This document shows, one piece after another, positions 60,341 to 64,000 of a stretch of 64,000 nucleotides of DNA. The first letter of the stretch is position 1; each line of letters starts with the position of its first letter. The DNA is taken from positions 1,053,162 to 1,117,161 of the forward strand of contig JADKJZ010000014.1 in NCBI GenBank assembly GCA_016720805.1. The letters run 5' to 3'. Origin of the DNA: Gemmatimonadota bacterium (GTDB lineage Bacteria; Gemmatimonadota; Gemmatimonadetes; Gemmatimonadales; GWC2-71-9). The position numbers and the translations under genes were made by a program. The notes beneath the pieces were generated by a model, which worked only from the letters and a program-made list of their open reading frames with translations, ran no database searches and was not told the origin of the DNA.

Positions 60341-61500
60341 GTCGTCGTGCCGCCCTGATCGTCCTCGATGGCCTCGGCGTCGGGACGGCGCACGACACCG
60401 CCGCGTACGGCGACCTCGGAAGCGCGACACTCGGCAATGTCATGCGCGCCCCGGGTGCCCCGCGTCTCCCGAACCTCGAGGCGCTCGGCTTCGGCGACTG
60501 CGGCGACAGCGGCATCGCGAAGGTGGCAGCGCCGACGGCCGCGCGCGGCGTGGCGCAACCGAACAGTGCCGGAAAGGACAGCACGACCGGACATTGGGAA
60601 CTGTGTGGCGTGCAGCTGCCCGTGCCGTTCCCGACCTACCCCCACGGCTTTCCGGCGGAGTTGCTCGCGGCCTTCTCGGAGCGGACCGGTCGCGGGGTCC
60701 TCGGCAACCGACCCTCCTCCGGGACGGTCATCCTCGATGAGCTCGGCCCGGAGCATGTCGCCACGGGCCAGTGGATCGTCTACACCTCGGCGGACTCGGT
60801 CTTCCAGATTGCGGCCCACGAAGAGGTCGTGCCGCTCACCGAGCTGTATGCCGCCTGTCAGGTCGCCCGGGAGCTCCTGGTGGACCCCCATGGCGTGTCG
60901 CGGGTCATTGCCCGGCCGTTCAAGGGGACCGTTGGGGCATGGCAGCGCACCGCCAATCGGAAGGACTTCTCGCGGCAGCCAACCGGGCCGACCCTCCTCG
61001 ACCGGTTGGCCGAGGCCCACCTCCCCGTGGTCGGGGTCGGGAAAGTGGACGATCTCTTCGCGGGGCGCGGGATCACCTCGATCCACACCCCCACGAACTC
61101 GGACGCCTACGCCCTGATCGAGGGGGGACTCTTGGCGATGCGCCGTGGGATGCTCTTCGCGAACGTGATCGAGTTCGACCAGAGCTGGGGTCACCGGAAC
61201 GACGTGGCTGGCTTTCAGAAGGGATTGGTGGAACTGGACCGCTGGATTCCCCGTCTCCTGAAGCAGGTTCGGGAGGAGGATCTGATTATCTTCACCGCCG
61301 ACCACGGGAACGACCCCACCACCCCGTCGACCGACCATGCCCGGGAATGTGTGCCGGTGTTGGCGATCGGCCCCAGGGTCCGCCCGGTGCCCCTTGGGGA
61401 GCTGGGGACCTTCGCCGACGTGGGGCAGACTATCGCGGAGTTTCTGGGGGTGCGCCCCCTTGAGGCCGGCACGTCCTTCCTGGAGCGGGTGTGGAACTGA
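60337..61500 (+). CDS. deoB: Phosphopentomutase
   Basis: 'LIVLDGLGVG', 'GKDSTTGHWE', 'TADHGNDPT', 'HARECVPVL'. Confidence 0.9.
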   Translation: MSRRAALIVLDGLGVGTAHDTAAYGDLGSATLGNVMRAPGAPRLPNLEALGFGDCGDSGIAKVAAPTAARGVAQPNSAGKDSTTGHWELCGVQLPVPFPTYPHGFPAELLAAFSERTGRGVLGNRPSSGTVILDELGPEHVATGQWIVYTSADSVFQIAAHEEVVPLTELYAACQVARELLVDPHGVSRVIARPFKGTVGAWQRTANRKDFSRQPTGPTLLDRLAEAHLPVVGVGKVDDLFAGRGITSIHTPTNSDAYALIEGGLLAMRRGMLFANVIEFDQSWGHRNDVAGFQKGLVELDRWIPRLLKQVREEDLIIFTADHGNDPTTPSTDHARECVPVLAIGPRVRPVPLGELGTFADVGQTIAEFLGVRPLEAGTSFLERVWN

Positions 61501-61880
61501 CGGAGCTGCGGGCGGCGGCCGAGGGCGGGCGGGAGCGGGCGTACGCGCCGTACTCCGGCTTTCACGTCGGGGCGGCGCTGGAGACTGCCGAAGGGGCGGT
61601 CTTCGTCGGGGCCAATGTGGAAAATGCATCCTACGGCCTGACCATCTGTGCCGAACGAAGCGCCATGGCGGCCGCCATCTCGTCGGGGGCACGGAAATTC
61701 GTGCGGTTGCTGCTGGTCAGCGACGCCCCGCATCCGATCGCCCCCTGTGGGGCCTGTCGCCAGGTGCTTGCCGAGTTCGGGTTGGCGCTGACCGTCATCA
61801 GTTGTGCTGGAGCCGAGACCAAGGAGTGGACCATTCGCGACCTGTTGCCTGCCGCCTTCACCGGGGACGTGCTCGAGTGA
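61491..61880 (+). CDS. cdd: Cytidine deaminase
   Basis: 'CAERSAM' and 'PCGACRQVLAEF' zinc-binding motifs. Confidence 0.9.
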   Translation: MELTELRAAAEGGRERAYAPYSGFHVGAALETAEGAVFVGANVENASYGLTICAERSAMAAAISSGARKFVRLLLVSDAPHPIAPCGACRQVLAEFGLALTVISCAGAETKEWTIRDLLPAAFTGDVLE

Positions 61881-63070
61881 CCTCACGCCTCCTCTCCCTG
61901 GCGGTGGTGGCCCTGTTGGCCACGGCCTGCACCGAAAAGCTCACGACGCCGGTGAACTGCCCCAATCTCTGTCCGGGTGGCGTCGCGGATTTCCGCGACA
62001 CCATCCTGACCGCCACGGTCGGTTTGGATACCTCCTACTCCGGCTACGTCGGCGAATCGTCGTTGCTGTCGCTGCTGGTGGCCAACGGCGGCGCCTACGG
62101 CGTCTCGCGCGGCATCGTCGCCTTCCAGTCGCGCGGAGACTCGGTCTTCGTCAAGGATACCGCGCGCGTCTTCACCGTCGATTCGGCCGCGGTCTCGCTC
62201 TTCCTGCAGGCGAGTGACAGCACGGTCGTGAGCGGGGTGGTCGAGTTGTATCGCCTCCCGCTCGCCATCGATTCCTCGACGTCGATCGGCGCGATCGATG
62301 CCGCGATGACCCCGGACCAACTCCTGGCGGAGTTCGAATTGACCTCCGGGTTGCGGACGGGGGCGATGCGCATCGTGCTCTCCGGCGCGACGCTCGCCAA
62401 GGTGGCCTTCACGCCCGCCGACAGCGGCCGACTGCAGGTTGGGGTGCGCGTGCGCTCGACCAACGCCACCGGCATCCGTGTCGGCACGGCGGCGGCCGGC
62501 GGCGAAGGTCCGGTAGTGACGTGGTACACGCGCGTCGAGGTCGCCGACACCGCGCTCCGGAGTCAGATCTTTACCCGCTTGCCCTCGACCAACTTCACCG
62601 TTCGGAGCGGAACCACACCGCCGACGCCGGGATTGCTGGCCGTCGGCGGCTTTCCGGTGGCACGCAGCTTCATCCGCTTTACGCTGCCCCCGGAATTGCG
62701 TGACTCGGTCACCATCGTGCGGGCGACGCTCCAACTCACCGCGGATCAACCGATGTTCGGGATCCCGGCCGACACGGCCACCCTCCTGGCGCACCCGGTC
62801 CTGGCGCTGCTTGGGCCGAAGTCCCCGGTCGCCACGGATCTCTTCAACGGAGCCTTCCTGTTGACGGGTCAGACCGAGGTGACCCTCGAGGTCGCGTCCC
62901 TGGTGCGGCTCTGGCAGGGGGCCGACGCGTTGCCGTCGGTATTGCGCCTCGAGATCGGGCAGGAGGGTGCAACCTTCCTTGCCCCGGCGTTCCGCTCGTC
63001 GCGGTCGGCCAGTGGCGCACCGACGCTTCGCATCACCTACCGGCGCAGCTTCGCCTTCGAGGGCTTCTGA
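61877..63070 (+). CDS. Putative lipoprotein of unknown function
   Basis: GTG at 61877 overlaps the cdd stop. 'LLSLAVVALLATAC' is a lipobox-like signal. Ser/Thr/Val-rich, beta-strand-like composition. The track ORF upstream of 61877 overlaps deoB and cdd in other frames. Confidence 0.55.
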   Translation: MTSRLLSLAVVALLATACTEKLTTPVNCPNLCPGGVADFRDTILTATVGLDTSYSGYVGESSLLSLLVANGGAYGVSRGIVAFQSRGDSVFVKDTARVFTVDSAAVSLFLQASDSTVVSGVVELYRLPLAIDSSTSIGAIDAAMTPDQLLAEFELTSGLRTGAMRIVLSGATLAKVAFTPADSGRLQVGVRVRSTNATGIRVGTAAAGGEGPVVTWYTRVEVADTALRSQIFTRLPSTNFTVRSGTTPPTPGLLAVGGFPVARSFIRFTLPPELRDSVTIVRATLQLTADQPMFGIPADTATLLAHPVLALLGPKSPVATDLFNGAFLLTGQTEVTLEVASLVRLWQGADALPSVLRLEIGQEGATFLAPAFRSSRSASGAPTLRITYRRSFAFEGF

Positions 63071-63072
63071 CG

Positions 63073-64000
63073 ATGCGTGGTCATTCGCTACTGCTCGTCG
63101 CCGCCGTGGCCCTCGTCGCCGCGCCGCTGGCCGCCCAGTCGTCGGAGTTCGGAGTGCGCGGTCTCGGCCTGCCGGGGCGATCCGCCTCCGCGCGCGTGCT
63201 CGGCGGCGGTGGAGCGCTCGGGCTCTTCGATGGCGAGTCGAGCCTCAATCCAGCCTCGCTGTCGACCCTCTCGCTGACGACGGCCGTCTTCACCATGTCG
63301 AACAACTCGCGGACCTCCGTCAATCCGGCGGGCAAGGCGAGTGGGCGGGATACCCGTTTCCCCCAGGTGCTGATCGGCGGTCCGATCCCGCGAACCCGGT
63401 TCGTGGTGGGCGTCTCGTATTCAATGTTCACCGATCGCGACTTCCAGCTGGTGTCGGTCGGTCAGGCGTCGCCGCGCGGAGTCCCCGTCGGCGTGACCGA
63501 CACGTTGACGTCGCGGGGCGGCATCGCGGACCTCCGGATCGCGGCAGGCTACGCCCTGTCGCCGAAGCTCAGCGTCGGCGGTGGGCTGCACTTCCTGACC
63601 GGGTCCAACCGGATGTCGACGCGTCGGGTCTGGGATGATCCCGAGTACGCGGCGCTCGAGGAAAAGGCCGAGCTCTCGTACCAGGCGATCGGATTCTCGG
63701 CCGGCTTTCTTCTGCATCCGACGCCCCGCATTGCCGTGGCCGGTTCGATTCGTCGGGACGGCCGGATGACCATCCAGCGTGATTCCACGCCCAGCGGCGA
63801 AGTCTCGATGCCGACGCAACTTGCCGGCGGCGTACGCCTCCAGCTCTCGCGACGGCTGGTCGTGGCGGGTCAGGCCATCGTGCGCGACTGGTCTCGCGCC
63901 GACAGCGGCCTCGTGGCGGCTGGCGCCATTGGCGCCCGTGACACCCGAGAGTTTTCCGGTGGAGTGGAGCTCTATTCGAATGCCCGCCGCCCGTCGAACA
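63073..64000 (+). CDS. Putative outer-membrane beta-barrel protein (3' end outside window)
   Basis: Hand translation from the ATG at 63073 shows no stop to the window end. Signal peptide 'MRGHSLLLVAAVALVAAPLAAQS', followed by alternating hydrophobic/polar short strands (e.g. 'ADLRIAAGYALSPKLSVGGGLHFL'). Not in the ORF track because it is open-ended. Confidence 0.55.
   Translation, partial: MRGHSLLLVAAVALVAAPLAAQSSEFGVRGLGLPGRSASARVLGGGGALGLFDGESSLNPASLSTLSLTTAVFTMSNNSRTSVNPAGKASGRDTRFPQVLIGGPIPRTRFVVGVSYSMFTDRDFQLVSVGQASPRGVPVGVTDTLTSRGGIADLRIAAGYALSPKLSVGGGLHFLTGSNRMSTRRVWDDPEYAALEEKAELSYQAIGFSAGFLLHPTPRIAVAGSIRRDGRMTIQRDSTPSGEVSMPTQLAGGVRLQLSRRLVVAGQAIVRDWSRADSGLVAAGAIGARDTREFSGGVELYSNARRPSN

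Overview
High-GC bacterial chromosomal segment (well over 60% G+C by eye, not computed; strong GC3 bias produces many spurious shadow ORFs). Domain content (GWxTD-like protein, PATAN/DUF4388 proteins, ECF sigma paired with a Ser/Thr kinase, PASTA-bearing FtsI) suggests a Gemmatimonadota/Acidobacteriota-like organism, but that is inference only. I support about 60 protein genes, 2 tRNAs and several short-repeat families. I see no rRNA, CRISPR, transposase or integrase. Layout: (1) 1-5217, a TPR/GWxTD protein, then a convergent Ser/Thr kinase and ECF sigma pair. (2) 5327-23817, one long co-directional string: yggS, ileS, dksA-like, lspA and rluD run directly into cheW-cheY-cheA-cheC. These are followed by TPR proteins, two PATAN/DUF4388 proteins, three Roadblock/LC7 proteins, an MglA-type small GTPase, a protein with two tandem DnaA-like AAA+ modules, and a putative metalloprotease. 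(3) tRNA-Val, a secreted TPR protein and tRNA-Asp. (4) 25881-42461, a dcw cluster (rsmH ftsL ftsI murE murF mraY murD ftsW murG [DUF2264-like] murC ftsQ ftsA ftsZ) with no mraZ, murB or ddl. It is followed by an M23 peptidase, hisA, a large membrane protein, ftsY, a sodium:solute symporter and recG. (5) 51250-55951, four tandem paralogs of an unassigned zinc-ribbon/membrane-hairpin protein with conserved ends and divergent middles, embedded in heptamer tandem repeats and GC-rich hairpin elements. (6) A DUF1295 protein, asnS, mazG (minus strand), alr, a DUF1844 protein, deoB, cdd, a lipoprotein and a partial outer-membrane-like protein. The two best candidates for undescribed biology are the che/MglA/Roadblock/PATAN/double-DnaA gene string (11.1-23.6 kb) and the four-paralog array with its repeats (51.2-56.0 kb). 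All family assignments come from reading motifs by eye; no searches were run.
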